Origin: Lepidodermella squamata | Lineage: Eukaryota > Animalia > Gastrotricha | Direction of reading: 5' to 3' | Assembly (NCBI GenBank): GCA_047495785.1 | Contig: JBLDXI010000011.1 | Span: 248,001-312,000 of the forward strand | Length of the DNA stretch: 64,000 nucleotides | Shown: in pieces, positions 25,445-39,092 of the stretch | Layout of the letters: each line of letters starts with the position of its first letter | Position numbering within the stretch: the first letter of the stretch is position 1 | Position numbers and translations under genes: made by a program | Notes under the pieces: model-generated | The model's database searches: none | What the model was told of the DNA's origin: nothing | Seen by the model: only the letters and a program-made list of their open reading frames with translations

Positions 25445-26090
25445 TTTTCAGAAATCTGATCCTAATTAGGGATCGAAAAGTATTAAGACATCTTTTTATG
25501 CCGTCAAAAATCTGTCTCGGCCGCAGATCTCTCTCGAGGTTTTGGTGTGTTGTTATTAGCTCCGCAGTTTTTATTACGCTAATGCATAGCTGCTATAAGT
25601 ATCGAAAGTGAGGATGGGCAGGCGAATCATGGGGCCTGCTAGAAATAATAATCATAACGCGCGTGTTATGCTGAGATAACAAGGCGTAGGTGCTGCTTTT
25701 GCTGCCGTGTTTTACCGCTTTGTACCCGGGCGGCGGTATAATTCTACCGAGTTATGAATGCAACATATAACAAGACTAATCGCCGGCATCGATTCGTTCC
25801 TGTCAGCATACAAAAATAAGCAAAAAACCCCTGAGAAATCAGCTGTAGCCGACAATTAATCGTTCTTCGGCTTTTTATAATTGGAGAAGAGGGACTTTTT
25901 GCTCGGATGCGGGATGGTTCTGGGGGTCAGTGTGATAGTTTTGGAAAATCGACCTCATTCAATCCGTTCGCAATTTATGTCCGAATAGCGTCATTTTTTA
26001 TTACCAATCTTTATTACATCGATATTTTTTTTCGCGGGAAAGCTTCTGCCTACAATAGAAACAGAACACAATAGAAAACGTATATTTTAT

Positions 26091-28492
26091 TCAACGCAAA
26101 GCAACATAGCAAGCGTAGCAAGTGATAAAGACGAAAATGAGAATAGCGATTGAAAAAGCGACGAAATCGTAAAATCGAGCTTTGCTGATTGGCGGAATGC
26201 CGAAGGGCAGCCTCATAATTGTGTCGCCTTTTCGATTTGCGACCATGGTGCTCGCAGCCATTTCATATGTCGTAATCGCAGCTGTTAGGCCAGTTAGTTG
26301 CAGGATGTAGTCGGCGAACAGGATTCGCTGCGAGGTTTTCGGAATTCCTTGTAACACGTCTGATTGTGCGACGATGAGGGACAGAAGTGAGGTTCCGCAG
26401 AAGATTGCTCGAATTGGCAGGCGAGGTGGCATGACGAATGATCCGAAGGCTAGAGCGACAACGATAAAGCAGGGTACAAGAAGGTTTACGAGGTAGTGTG
26501 AGGGATTTCGCGCGAAGATCAGAGTTGCTGTTGCATAGCTCATCGAGCTGTTTTTGCGCAGAATTGAAGACATGTTACCGCTGCGGATCGCAGAGTTTTC
26601 GAAGTGCCAAACGCTGTATGACGGGCCCAGATTCTGACTACCTGTGAATCACAAAAAACCTGTTATTCTACAAAAATCACGAGAAATTTGAATAAACGTG
26701 CATAATTTGCATATTTATGAATATTTATGTATATTACACTCTAGTTTGCACATTCCGATTGAATTTGCATAATTTATTTGTGAGCTGCTCCCAACTAATT
26801 TACATATTAATTAGCATATTAGACTAATTTGCATATTCGAAAAAATATGCATACTTTTGTGTAATTAGCATATCCGTACAACAATAGCTGAATCCAAGCA
26901 ATACTGAAGTTCTTTGAGCTTCCAGTTATGAATTTTGGGCCAAATTATTGATTCACCCCATGATGAAAGATAACTTTACCTAGATAGAGACCTCCGAACG
27001 TCAGATATTCGATAGGCTCGTCGATCTTGAACGTAAACTCGCATTGCTGCGTATCGAATGGGAACTTCCGCAAATCCAATCGACATTTCGAGCTGAACAC
27101 CCCGAATCGTGTCCAGTGGAAATAAAGCGTTCGATTCGGTCTCGTTGGTATGTACAGAATCTGCATAGCCTCTGTCGCCCGTTCCTTCCGATCAACCGCA
27201 TTCGGGCTCGGTTGGGAGGAGACAAAGGGGAACAGAGGTCGCCACAGTGGAGCGGGAAAAGGGCCTAGAAGCCGTTCACGGTCGTCAAACCCCGGCGCAG
27301 TGTAGTTCGAATCGCAATTTGTGACCTGCCACTGTAGATATGCTGACCCCCAAACAGCAATCTGCTGCTCCATCACATCGATTGAAATCAATCGATCGAT
27401 TGTGAAGGTTAAGTACAATTTCGAGCCGATTTCCGGGGATCGGACGTGGCTTTGAATGTAGGGGCATTTCAACAAGTCGTCAATGCGAATTTGGGGGCGA
27501 ATGTTGCCATCAAACGGTTTTGGCATAGGGAAACCTGTGACCTCATCGACTTCATCTAAAATCGCAATATGTGGGCCATAGACAGTAGGCATGAATTCGA
27601 AAACGGAGAGCTTTGAGATTCGAACTGCGCCGCGGTAGCCATTGAGACCAGCCAAATGGAGTTTCACCTCACCTTTGCTCAACATATTGGTCATTCCGTT
27701 TAGGTAAGCCTTGACAGATGAACAAGTAGCATTCTCTTCGATATCCGAGCCATTCAAACGGAAAACAGCGACCTTTAAAAAATAAAAGGAATTAAGGGCA
27801 AAGCTTGGGCTTGTTTAAACCTCAAAATGGTCTCTGAAGCACTGAACAGCCATTCTGTATCGAATTTTGCCAGAATAATCGAACAGTGATAAAGCAGAAA
27901 CCATGACATCACCAGGGAAGGGCAGCATCCTAGCATCGAGCTCTTCTTCATAGTTAACGTACAGCGCTCCCTTCGGTGCCAGTTTCTGCCATATGGCGAG
28001 ACCACGTAGTCCGGAAAAAGCGTCATAGAACGTAGCCTTGGGCCCTGAGTAGCCGTAGAACAGTTTATTGGTTGCCAAAACAACGCCAAACCATCCAGAA
28101 GAGCCGTTATCCGATCCATAATTTGCTTCTATGTCGACTTCAAGTCGGAATCCGAGAGTCATTTCATCGAAATTCTGGTGGAAAAAGGAAAATAAACAGG
28201 TATTAACTCTGATTTTTTGTCATAAAACCTGCTTCGAAGTTAACGAGCCGTAGTAAGCTTGATCTAGATGCGTAAGGATGCATCCTGATTTCGCTGTTGA
28301 AGTTGCACCGCCAGAAATCAGGAATTTATCGCCAGAGCATGATTTGTTATTCGAGTCAGGAAAAGACGACTTTTCAAGGTATATCGATTTCAGGCGAGGG
28401 TCGGCTGGTAAGCGAATCAACCTTGGGTCAGGTTGGTTCTCCGCTGCTGCTGATGTTAGGTGAAGCAGAAGAAAAATAGCGCCGGTTAACAT
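26091..28492 (-). CDS. L3: lectin-like/Cys-loop channel fusion (~653 aa); exons 28492-28229, 28174-27821, 27772-26980, 26641-26091
   Basis: Cys loop CRLDLRKFPFDTQQC; M1 RNPSHYLVNLLVPC; homologous N-domain; in-frame splicing. Confidence 0.9.
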
Positions 28493-28839
28493 TTCTTCTA
28501 TTTCGTGGTGTTTGTCCTAATGTGTTGGTAATGTGGATTGGAAAATGCGTTCGATATCGGCAATCTCACGGGAATTCCCCAAGTCATTACATTTTTTGAA
28601 ATAATTAGAAAAATAGAAGAACACTGACATCAGTCTCTTTTATTACATCTCGGTGCTAAAAAATGCGCCCTACAAAAAATGGTCACAAAAATTGAGGAGT
28701 CGAGATTCCTAGGAAAATAGGCCTATATATTGAACAAATTGAAAATCTTAGGCTAATGAAGGAAGACTCATCACGACTTGATAATGCAGACAGTCATTTA
28801 AATATAACATTGAGTTTGTTATAGTTCTGTTCGGTTTCA

Positions 28840-31334
28840 CTATGTTGCAGCCCAACAGTCCCAGAATGCAATGCAGACAGAATAAAAATTGATACCACCA
28901 AACAGCAAGCAGAGGCAGATGAAGGCGACCAAGTCGTAGAATCGCGCAAGGGTCATCGGAGGCAGATTAGCTCGGTGGATGCATTCCTGCGTCTCTTTCA
29001 CGTGAGAACTCAAATAGGAACAAACGGCCATGTCGTACATGACAACGATACTCGTCAGTCCGGTTAGCATGAGGATGTAGTCTGCGAATAGGATTCGCTG
29101 CGAGTTCTTTGGAACTTCCTCCAGAACATCGGATTGAGCGACGACCAAGGCGAGTAGGATAGTTCCGCAGAAGACGGCTCTGTTCGATTCATTGGGCAGC
29201 ATGAGGAAGGAACCGAATACTAGCACGATCAGAATGTAGCAGGGTACCAATAGATTTATGAGGTAGTGGCCCGATTTTCGGGCGAAAACTAGGCGGGCAG
29301 TTGCGTAGCTTGATGTGCCATTCCTCCGAGTCAACGATTTCACCTGAGAGGATTGCAAAATTCGGATTATTTGTTTCCTAGACTTGAATCTGAGAGAGAA
29401 ATCTGGGTTTCACTTTGAGGCCTCAAAACTGGATTTCTCTAAGAATATGAAAGGAAGTCGAAAGGGGAGAAAATGAGGAAAATATAGAGCTTAGAAGTTT
29501 TGAACCTCCAATACACTTTGAACAAAAATTACAAAAAATGTGATCTTACCTTCCCTGTTTCAGATCTCGCAGCGATAAAGGTCCAAACACCTCGCGAAGA
29601 GCCCAGGCCCTCAGTGTTCAGTATCAAATTTCCAAAGGATACATATTCATACGGCTCTTCGATCTGGAACGTGAAATCACACTCCTGCCTATCAAACGGA
29701 AATTTCCTCAGGTCCAGAAAGCATTTCGAATTGAAAATGCCCAGTCGAGACCAGTAGAAGTAAATGGTTCGATTAGGCTGCGTAGCCAGACAGACAGCTT
29801 CCATCCTATCGACAAAATGACCACGACCGCCTGCGTCCAGTGTGTTAGTCAGTAAGATGTCAGGCCGCCATAATTCGTAAGGGTCCGGCACGTGAACTCG
29901 TTCGTCGTGTTCCACGCCGTGGGCTGTAATATTGGCATCGCAGGTCGTGACTTGCCACTGCAGGTAGAGAGTACCCCACACTGAGATGAATTCATTCAGC
30001 GAATCGATGGTTCGAAGTCGCTCGATGGTAAAGGTCAAGAAAATCTAGCCAAAATTACGATTATTAACCAAAGAGGTCTCAATTCTTAACTTACCTGTGT
30101 GTCCATATCCGGAGAGCGAATTCCAGGCCTAACATAGGGGCAGCTTAGTAGATCTTCGACTTCAATTAACGGAATCATATGGCCATCGATTATGGCCGGT
30201 ATTGGGATTGCTATATCTTCTTCCTCCTCAATAGTCGCTATCAATGGGTTGCTTTCAACTTCGCTGTTGAGTTTCGAACTTCGAATCGTGTCATTCGCCG
30301 GCATTTGAAAGGCGAGTAGCTTCGAAACAGCGATATCTCCCAGTTCGCCGTGATTGCCAACCATCCGAATCTTGACCAAATCCGTCCACAAAATCGAACC
30401 GAGACCCGGGAAGTGTTCCAGCTCGAAACAAATCGCTAACGAGTAGTTTCGGCTAGTTTCATTATACCTAGCCAACGCGACTGAAACGTAGTCGCCATGG
30501 CAGTGGATGATCATTTTGTAGATTGAATGCCCGCTGTCTGACATGAAGTCTTCAGTTCCGCAACTAGGGGCGGAAATGCGGCTGCCGCGGCCTGGGATTG
30601 GCGCGACATCGGTCATTTGTTCCTTGGAGTAGGTGAGGTAAACCCGCCCATTAGGCGCCAAGCGTTGCCAAACTGCTATGCCGAGAAGCCCAGCGAAGGA
30701 ATCGTAGTGCTCAACTGAAGAAGAAGAGAAGCCTACAGAACAGAAAATTTTGCATTTAAAATTCGGAATTATATTGGGAATGTCGACCAAGCAAGTAAAT
30801 TGATTTTATTTTTATTTTTAGGTTATTTGAATTAAATTGAGATTCAAAATATTATTTTGTTAATTCGAAAGTTGAAAACCTTTCACCCTTACTGTAAAAA
30901 ACTCGGCCAGATGATAGCAGCAGGCCGAACCATCCACTTGAGCCATTTGTCAGGTAGTGACTTTCGATATCAACTTCTATTCGAAAATTCTGCGTAGTGG
31001 CATTAATTCTCTAAAAAAAACATAATTTTCTAATTTTAAGCAAATAAATTTACACGGTTTTTACGTGAACTGACGTTGCAGCGCCGTAGCATGCGCTCGC
31101 ATTCTGAGCCCGCGTTAATTTGAGCCCACTCAACGAGTAATTGGCCGCCCCTGATAGGCTGTACTTCGGCCGAGTCGCTGCGTCCTGCTGCTCCCAGTAA
31201 ATCGATTGATTAAACGATAAATGCTGCATGAGATAGGGCGCAGCTTCATAGCTCCCAGGTAGTGGCAGCAAATCTGCAGCCAGGGACAGCCCTAATGCAC
31301 CTATTACTAAGAACAAACTGAGTGTCCTCGTCAT
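28840..31334 (-). CDS. L4: lectin-like/Cys-loop channel fusion (~674 aa); exons 31334-31065, 31010-30893, 30732-30095, 30044-29550, 29343-28840
   Basis: Signal MTRTLSLFLVIGALGLSLA; LWRPDILLTN; Cys loop CFLDLRKFPFDRQEC; four TM helices. Confidence 0.9.
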
Positions 31335-31756
31335 TTTGAGGGTGCAGATTTTTTTTAAGCCAAATGTAGCCGAGTAATGTGTGCGTGATAAAATGGACAC
31401 TCGGCGAGACGCACTTCGCGTCCCACTGGGCCGCTCACTGGCTATCTATGCAAATTGGAACTGCGCTTTTGTTCATCTTCCTTCTCAGCACATCGATAGT
31501 CATGTATCCAGTGTCCCTGAGGGGCAGCATTAAATGAAAATTCAGAAGCAAGACTGAAATTAGAAGTACTCATAAATGCGATGCCCATTACAGCTTGAAC
31601 TGAAAATAAGTTTCCAAGGTAAATTCCAATTTTATTCAATAAAAAGGGACATTTTCCCTTATTAATATGGAAAAACGCATCGTTGGTCTAATAGTTCCGC
31701 TTTTAAAGCAGCATCTGTCTCTGATCTGTCTCTTCCATCGTCATTTTCTTGAACCT

Positions 31757-32968
31757 TTAGCTTGAACCCAAGCTGTTCAAGGGGACATTGTTTTGCGTTG
31801 TTGACCCCATGCACAAATCGTTGCAACACCGAAACCTGTGCATAGCCAGATCGATAGCGAACGTTACAGCAATCAGCCACGAAAGCACAATCTGATTTGC
31901 ATCACTCATAACAGCCACGCTCAACACAATCGAAATCGTCAGCACCAGAAGCAAGCAAAACACACTGACAACTAGATCCACATTCATCTCCCTGCGAGAT
32001 GAATAAAATCGCGAGAAAGGCTTAGCTACAATCAATAGCAGAATCAAAGATAAGAAGTAGCCCAAAAACAAAACTGGCATTTCCGATATAGCCTGCAAAA
32101 TTTGCTGTCTGTAAATTCTGGGTTTAGGGTTAACAGCAATTGAAGCGATGAAACTCTTGTTGTAAATTTCCTGATAAAATATCTGGGAGATAATTAGTGG
32201 AATTATAATAAGTGTCAGCATCTTATAAATTATCGAAATTATCGGACCAATGGCGTGGAATTTTTCCCGGTAAATCGAGAGTCTCGGATCAACAACGCTA
32301 CGATCCACAATGCCGCCGTGCCACTTTGTCAAACAGGCCAAACAAAGGAACAGGATGAAAATTGCGGACATGACAAAAGCTGCGGCAATTTGAGTCAAAA
32401 GCAATCCAGCGTGATATCCCTCAATGTCTTTCACCAGAGAAACTACCAGGGTTGTACCAGTCATTAGGATTACCATGAAATTGGCTATGTAGAGCATCTG
32501 CACTTTCAGTATCGTTTTCCCTTCTGTGATGAACCACATGGAGGCGATGTGTACTGAGAAAATCGCATTCAGGATCGAGCCAATGATCGACGGTAGAATG
32601 ATGTTAAAATCGTTGAAACACTCCTCGTAGCATCGATATTTCGATGGCGTAATTCGGAAAATGTAATCGCACGACGTAATGCAGTCTGAATTTGTGAAGA
32701 ATAGACAAGCGACGGCGATGATCAGGACTGGATGGCTGAGGCTGAAAAGGCAGTGCAAAAACTTAACAATCTGAATCTTGCGCGTTCTTTCGAACAGCGG
32801 GATTTTATCCTCATGCAGCTCCGGGTTGGCTGGTTTAAAAGCTTGGATGAGAATCGGCGCCGGCAGGGCCGACGCGGCATGGTAGCTAGGCGGGGGCTCA
32901 TCGTAGATCTTGGCATCATAACTTGGAGGCGCCTCTTCTGGAATGGGTGGTGTAGAGCGGGTTTCCAT
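31757..32968 (-). CDS. B1: intronless ~8-TM membrane protein with N-terminal PPxY motifs (~403 aa)
   Basis: Long ORF; APPSY and PPPSY; about eight hydrophobic segments; Cys-rich first loop; paralogs B2 and B3. ATG at 32968 chosen by alignment with B3. Confidence 0.85.
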   Translation of the reverse strand: METRSTPPIPEEAPPSYDAKIYDEPPPSYHAASALPAPILIQAFKPANPELHEDKIPLFERTRKIQIVKFLHCLFSLSHPVLIIAVACLFFTNSDCITSCDYIFRITPSKYRCYEECFNDFNIILPSIIGSILNAIFSVHIASMWFITEGKTILKVQMLYIANFMVILMTGTTLVVSLVKDIEGYHAGLLLTQIAAAFVMSAIFILFLCLACLTKWHGGIVDRSVVDPRLSIYREKFHAIGPIISIIYKMLTLIIIPLIISQIFYQEIYNKSFIASIAVNPKPRIYRQQILQAISEMPVLFLGYFLSLILLLIVAKPFSRFYSSRREMNVDLVVSVFCLLLVLTISIVLSVAVMSDANQIVLSWLIAVTFAIDLAMHRFRCCNDLCMGSTTQNNVPLNSLGSS

Positions 32969-34142
32969 TTTTACAGTATTTTTGAGAGCCAAGGGCCGAG
33001 TAGCTTTTGTAAGCTAGGTATTTGCTTGGAAAATGAAAAAATGTTCTCACTGATAAGAAAGGGAACGTGCCGTTCTTATCGATATCAGGTGTTAAAAAAA
33101 GCAATAAATGGTGGGTTTTAAGATCGTATCAAGATTAGGAGTCTCCATGAAATTTGATTCCGTTATCGAGATTATCGAGACTACGGCTCAACTCGGCACA
33201 TAACCTTTTTTCTGTTTCGGTGTAGCTTAGGCCAATCTAGGATATAATTCTAATCTTGAATGGATACCCCTAGTTTGATTGTAAGGGCTTGAAAACTCAA
33301 AGTCCGACTATGGGTTCTCTTCAATTGCAACTCCTCGGTGTTGGTGTGGATTTTTAGCTAATAACCTTCGTAACGTGGTTAAGCCATTTTCTGACCTGCA
33401 AAGTAATCAGGTCTCTTAAACCAAAACACATGTGCCATTAAATGTGCACACAACGTGGTGTGGGGCATTTTTTTGTCGCTCTGATTGCCATTCGAACTCA
33501 CGGACGTGTTTTCAAAATCAATTTACATGTGAAAACACATGTGTTATTTTTAATTACTGTTTTCGGGGCCCTAATAAATTGAGCTGCGCAGCTGTGCTTC
33601 TAATAAATGCATCGCCAGCAACATCTGGTGCTTACGCATCCTATTGGAAGCCATTTTTCATTTGACAAAAAAGATATAATTATTAGTGATTTTTCGGCCC
33701 TATTCCGATAAATTTGATTCGCTCCGATACGATATTTTCATGCGCCGGCTGAAATCGCTTATCCAGGGTGGGTAACTGAAATACCAGCCGGTTTATCGAC
33801 GTCACTGATTTATCAGCTGAACATGAGGAATAAATCAAAGTTTTGTAAATGTGTGTTTCGAAATGTAAAAACGGCATTTTTGTGAAAATGAAGAAACTTG
33901 GTGTAAATACGTATATAAAAAATACGATCCGAGTGGCTATATCTTCTGTGCTCACATAAGTAAGCGTCGAATTTATTTTGATTTCTGGTTCACAAATGTT
34001 GCGGTTGATGGTGTTTATTCGATAATAGCTGTCGGCAACATGTAGAAACGCCATGATATTTAAGAATTGTTGTTCACACTTGAGAGCTAGTCATATAACT
34101 TACCACCATTGCTTTATATTTTTAAATTTGATACGAAGCGGA

Positions 34143-37089
34143 TCAAAAAATTACCAGAGCAGCGTAAAGATTAATAGATAGAAATCCAGTCAAAGCCAAT
34201 ATAAACACGAATAAATCGAATGCTCTAGGAACCGAGAGATAAACATCAAGACCTGGCAACTTCGTCCAAGTATGTCTCAACGATTTCTCGCCCTTCATCC
34301 TCGCGAACGGCAGAATCAGCATGTCGTACATGGTGATAGCCGCTGTTAGACCAGTCATCAGCAGCATGTATTCTGAGAAGAGCACTCGTTGAGCTGTTGC
34401 TGGGACATTCCGAATGACATCCGACTGGGCTACGACAAGGGCGAGTAGAGTGGTACCACAGAACATTGGCCGATCAGGGACTGATGGCTGAATGGCGAAG
34501 GAGCCGAATACCAAGGCGAGCAGTACGTAGCAGGGCGCGAGGAGGTTGACGATGTAGTAGGTCGGATTGCGGCTGAACTTGAGCCGCACGAGGGCGAAGG
34601 AGGCCGTGGCGTTGCGGCGGCGCATCGACCGCGTCTGGCCCACCTGCGCGACGTAGCCGCCCTCGGCGTAGAACCACACGTCGTTCGCCGCCAGGTAGTC
34701 GTCGTCGACGTAGAGCCCGCCGAAGGACAGGTACTCGCTGGGCTGGTCGATGACGAACGTGAAGTCGCACTGCTGCGAGTCGAACGGGAACGCGCGCAGG
34801 TCGAGCTCGCACTTGGAGTTGAACACGCCCAGGCGCGACCAGTGAAAATACAGCGTGCGGTTCGGCACCGTCGGCACGTACACAATGTCCATCTTGTCGC
34901 TGTATGATTTTCCTTGAATTATAAGTAAATTCGGATAATTTGAGATAACGTGAACCACATCATGTTCGAAATATTCAGAAAATTTCCAGGAAATCGGAAG
35001 ATTGGGATAGAATTAGAAAAATTCTGGATTTTTCTGGAATTATGAGAAGATTCGGGATACTTGAGAAGTACCATTTTTGGGATAAGGTGATGCCATTACC
35101 AAATTATTGAATTCAATACCAAACATCATTGAATTCTGTAACAAATTATTCCAATCAGTTCAAAGTCACCAATTTTAGGACACTCAAAGCCTTTAACCCT
35201 AACCCGTAGTCCCAACTCTGAACAATTAAATATCTCCATGAAATGAAACCTGGTACCGCCGTAAGATGTTTCCGAATCTTTTCACAAAAGCTGGAAATAA
35301 ACTGAAAAGGCTTAGGCAAAGAAATGAATCGAAAGATGTGCTTTGAAATGAAATTTTGAAAAAATAGACAATTGCTTGGAGCTTGGAGCTGTTGAAAGCT
35401 TGAAGAATTGGGAATATTTCCTAACCTTCCATGTACATGTCATTCGTACTGTTCGCAAACAGCAGAGTCGGATGCCAGATGACCGAGCTGTCCGGTGAAA
35501 CAACAGATTCCTGATTGTCGACCCCAGGAGCTGTGTACGTGCTGTTGCACACAGTGACTGCCCACTGCATGAACAGCGTTGCCCAGAGCGCGATTTCCTG
35601 TGACAGCGAATCGATGGCCATCAATCGCTGCGTTGAAAATCGAAGCCAAATTTGCGTGTTGAAATCCGGAGCTCGGTTGTTTGGCGCGATTTGCGGGCAC
35701 TTGAGGATGTCTTCAATTTTCACGAGGGGTATCAAGTTGCCATCTATGAGTTCTGGGATCGGGAATCCCGTCACGGAGTCGATCACGATTATCGAGCTGT
35801 AATCGGTCTTAGTTGTAGTCGTAGTTTTCATTCCGGTTGTCGTTGAACCCCGGGTTGAGGTAGCAGCCATAGTTGTTGACAAAGTAGTTGACGTAGTGGT
35901 CGGCATGGTACTTGAGGTTGTGGCGGCGCTTGAAGTAGAAGTAGAGGTGGAAGGCGCAATTGTGGTGGTCGAGGTTGCGCTCGAGACTAATTTAGTTGAA
36001 GGTGTCTGTGTTGAAGTACTGATACCCGGGGTAGTGGTTGTACTAGCGGCTGTACTCGTACTTGAAATCGAACTAGACGTCCCAGATGATACAGTAGAAG
36101 TTGAGGTTGTGCTTGTAGGCGTAGAAGCGGAAGTTGTAGTGGTGGTCGTTGAAGTTGTAGTTGTTGGGTCAGGGAAAATTTGGAAGGTATATAACTTGGA
36201 AATTAGAACATCTCCACCGTATCCCATCTGGCCCCAGAGTCGAATTTTCGCATTGCCAGTCGCGATAAGAGACCCAAGACCAGTCACATCAAGACTCGAA
36301 AAGCAATACCCCAACGACCCAGGCGGGTCGGCTGTCATTCCGGCAGTCAGCTTATCATCAGCTGACTGGATGAATAGCTTGAAAGAAGCCGTTCCACTCG
36401 AACCGAAAATCGACGTCGCGCCACAGCCGCTTGTTGCAGAGGTTGCGTCAACTGTTCCAGGTATGTTAACCATTCCGATGGTTGAAGGTTCGAATGTTGC
36501 AGAGATTAGACCGCCTTGAATCAGCTGTTGCCAGATTGCGACTCCAGTTAAGCCTCTATATTGGTCGTATTGGGGCGTGAAAGCTCCACTGGACCCTAAA
36601 ATCATACACAGTTAAGAATTCAGTGGAAATTTCCCAATTCTATCAATATTAACCGAAGGTAATTGGGTTTGTTGAAATGAGCAGGCCAAACCACCCATAA
36701 GATCCATTAGTGCGGTAATTCGACTGTAAATCCAATTCGATGCGCCAGTCGGTTATTGAAGCGTCGATAAACTGGAGTAAATAAAATTATTACAATTCTT
36801 TGATTAACTTACAACTCACATCATTGTAAATAATTCCGCCATAATAAACGCTGTTCAGCTCTGTTAACTGCCAACCAGCGGTTGAGTAGGTAGGCGAAGC
36901 TGATGGCGGTATGTAGAAGGTGGCTGTCGAATCGATTGAGGAGTTTGTCGCGTCGAATGACAAGTAGGGCATGAATACGGGTGGTGTAACGCTGTAACCA
37001 GAAGGCAAAGGCATCAGATTGGTTGCCGGGGATGGAGAAATTGCGAAGGCCAGCTCAAAGCAAAGGTACAATCCAAGATATGTGAGCAT
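34143..37089 (-). CDS. L5: lectin-like + mucin stalk + Cys-loop channel fusion (~775 aa); exons 37089-36820, 36771-36654, 36595-35426, 34912-34143
   Basis: One exon spans the N-domain, a ~120-aa Ser/Thr tract and the start of the ligand-binding domain; Cys loop CELDLRAFPFDSQQC; four TM helices. Confidence 0.92.
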
Positions 37090-37775
37090 TTTCAAATTTC
37101 CAAAGGTTTAATGTATCGAACTATGCGTGTGTAGAACTTGGCGTGCTTTGCGCATTACTGATTAATTAAGCAATTAAGCGACATATCACGTGGAAGTATA
37201 TTATCGATAAAAAGGCATTGGTAATTAGTGAAAATATACTAGAAATCAAAGTTTTGAGCGGCTCTGTTCAATATAAACATCTATACCCAAGCGGCTATTA
37301 AGGCCCTTTAGCTTTTAAATTTCCGATATCGAAATCTGCTGGGAATACCGTGGAGGTAGGCAAACCCCATGTTTTTCAAAAATTAAAAATAAAAAAAGAT
37401 AGCGCTTGGCCAAATTCTTGCTCGACGCTCCTAACCCCAATGATGCTGGATGCTGGAATTAATTCGACCTATCATTTTCTTGATTCGCGAAATCGAGAGA
37501 AAACATCGGAGCTCTTTCAACATCAGAATGTAGGGCTTGATCGGAGCTACTCTGCCCATTATTTAGAGGAAGATAAGTAATGCCGTTCCCAATTATTATG
37601 CAAATTTAGTCGACTTGACACAACAGTGTGCGACGTACAGGGATTGCTCGGCCTGACCTCCAAGCTCCAGGATCCAAGATTGCACCTTGCAGTTTCCACC
37701 TCATTTTTGGCGGAATCATTTTCGCGAAACATCGGACAATTAGCATACATTTTGGACACTAATTCTCATTCACTA

Positions 37776-37837
37776 TCAATTAATTATCGGACAAAATGAT
37801 TACCGATAATGGACGTGCGTGCTTTGGGTTCAACTAT
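37776..37837 (-). promoter_or_regulatory. Conserved upstream element shared by L5 and L6 (inverted copy at ~38937-38998)
   Basis: caattaattatcggacaaaatgattaccgataatggacgtgcgtgctttgggttcaacta matches the reverse complement of tagttgaacccaaatcacgcacaaccattatcggtaatt...ataattaattg. Confidence 0.55.
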
Positions 37838-38112
37838 CCCTGCACCAACTCCAGTTCCACTTGAGCTCGTGATGCAGCCAACCTTCTAATACCCTGGATC
37901 TGTCAAAGCAACCAACGAAAATGTCGAAGTAACGAAGGTAATTCAGGGCTTCAAGATACTTAAAAATGCTCACAGCTTGATTTGTACAGATTTGATCAAA
38001 CCGTACGAACTCTTCGTTTTTTACAATGAGCTTTCCAATTTGTTCTAAACACGGACGGATGACGGATAAATAAAATAAATTAATGAATAGCTTGTTTTAT
38101 TTGCAATGTCAT

Positions 38113-38502
38113 TTAAAGTTCAGTCTTATTAGCCTTTCTAGCGTCATCCTCATACTTGGAAGCAAGTCTATGAAACAGAAATAATTCACTTGTATCGAGT
38201 TTCGTGTAATCTTTTATGTATTTCAGCGCTCCTGTAGCATCGCCCATTCCATGAAGACACTCAGCTATGGACATTACAACGTCGGCCTCACGCTGCCAAG
38301 GTTCGTGCCCAGCCGACTTCAGCTCGTCGATGATTTTACGCGCTTTGAAGAATCCCTCGAGTGCCGTTTTGTATTCGCCGTTCTTGAACAGCTGGTACGC
38401 ATCGTTGTAGGCGAACAAATCGTCGCCCTGCTGCACCGCATAGGCCAAGATCAAGCTAAAAGCAAAGCAAAACAGTCTAAGATAGGAAATGAGTGAAGCC
38501 AT
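38113..38502 (-). CDS. C1: small ER-luminal TPR-like protein (129 aa, C-terminal KTEL)
   Basis: Signal peptide; helical YQLFKNGEYKTALEGFFKA and IAECLHGMGDATGALKYI patterns; KTEL-stop; four paralogs in the window. Confidence 0.85.
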   Translation of the reverse strand: MASLISYLRLFCFAFSLILAYAVQQGDDLFAYNDAYQLFKNGEYKTALEGFFKARKIIDELKSAGHEPWQREADVVMSIAECLHGMGDATGALKYIKDYTKLDTSELFLFHRLASKYEDDARKANKTEL

Positions 38503-39092
38503 GAGAGCCACTAGACGTGTGTGGGTAAAATCTAGCAGAATGATGTTGATGAGCAATTACTGCCGACTCAGTTGTTCAACATGAGCGTTGTTGTATGTAA
38601 GGATGATAATCAAATGCCTTTGTTTGTCAGTTTTTCAATGAGCAACCTCATCTTTTGTTTTCGAGTAGTCTGACGCGTGCGTGCGGCATATCGCTGCGTG
38701 GAAATGGAAAACTTCATGTTTTATTTTGAAGGTTGAATTCTGGGTGATTCTTATGAATGAATAAACAAATATCAAGGATAGATCTGTAATCAGAAATCAG
38801 ACAAATTCTCTTTCAAAACATGTTTACTTCATCTTTAACCTGCGAGGTCCGTGAACAAAATTTTTGGCCGCTTTTCAAATAAGCTTTTAACGGACTGTTT
38901 TGTTGTCGCATGTTGCCTAATTTTTTTTCGAATGCTTAGTTGAACCCAAATCACGCACAACCATTATCGGTAATTTTTTTGTCTCATAATTAATTGAAGA
39001 GCGACCAAGGCTAGACATAAACGTGGAGTTTTCACTGAAATTTTCAATTAAAAAAGAACTCGCATATCAAAAAGAGAACGATTAAAAATAAA

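Noticed and set aside
26700-26880. Cluster of ATTTGCAT octamer-like motifs in an L3 intron
   Set aside because: Similar motifs occur in the AT-rich repeat-derived DNA at 18.9-19.4 kb; cannot be distinguished from a decayed repeat.
34430-34885. Arg/Ser-rich alternative-frame ORFs (also 22513-22995, 34474-34812, 41250-41705)
   Set aside because: Stop-free frames are expected in GC3-rich coding sequence; the real frame is the channel.
35896-36519. 207-aa Val-rich ORF on + (and 39835-40290 on -)
   Set aside because: Antisense shadows of the Thr/Ser stalk codons of L5 and L6.
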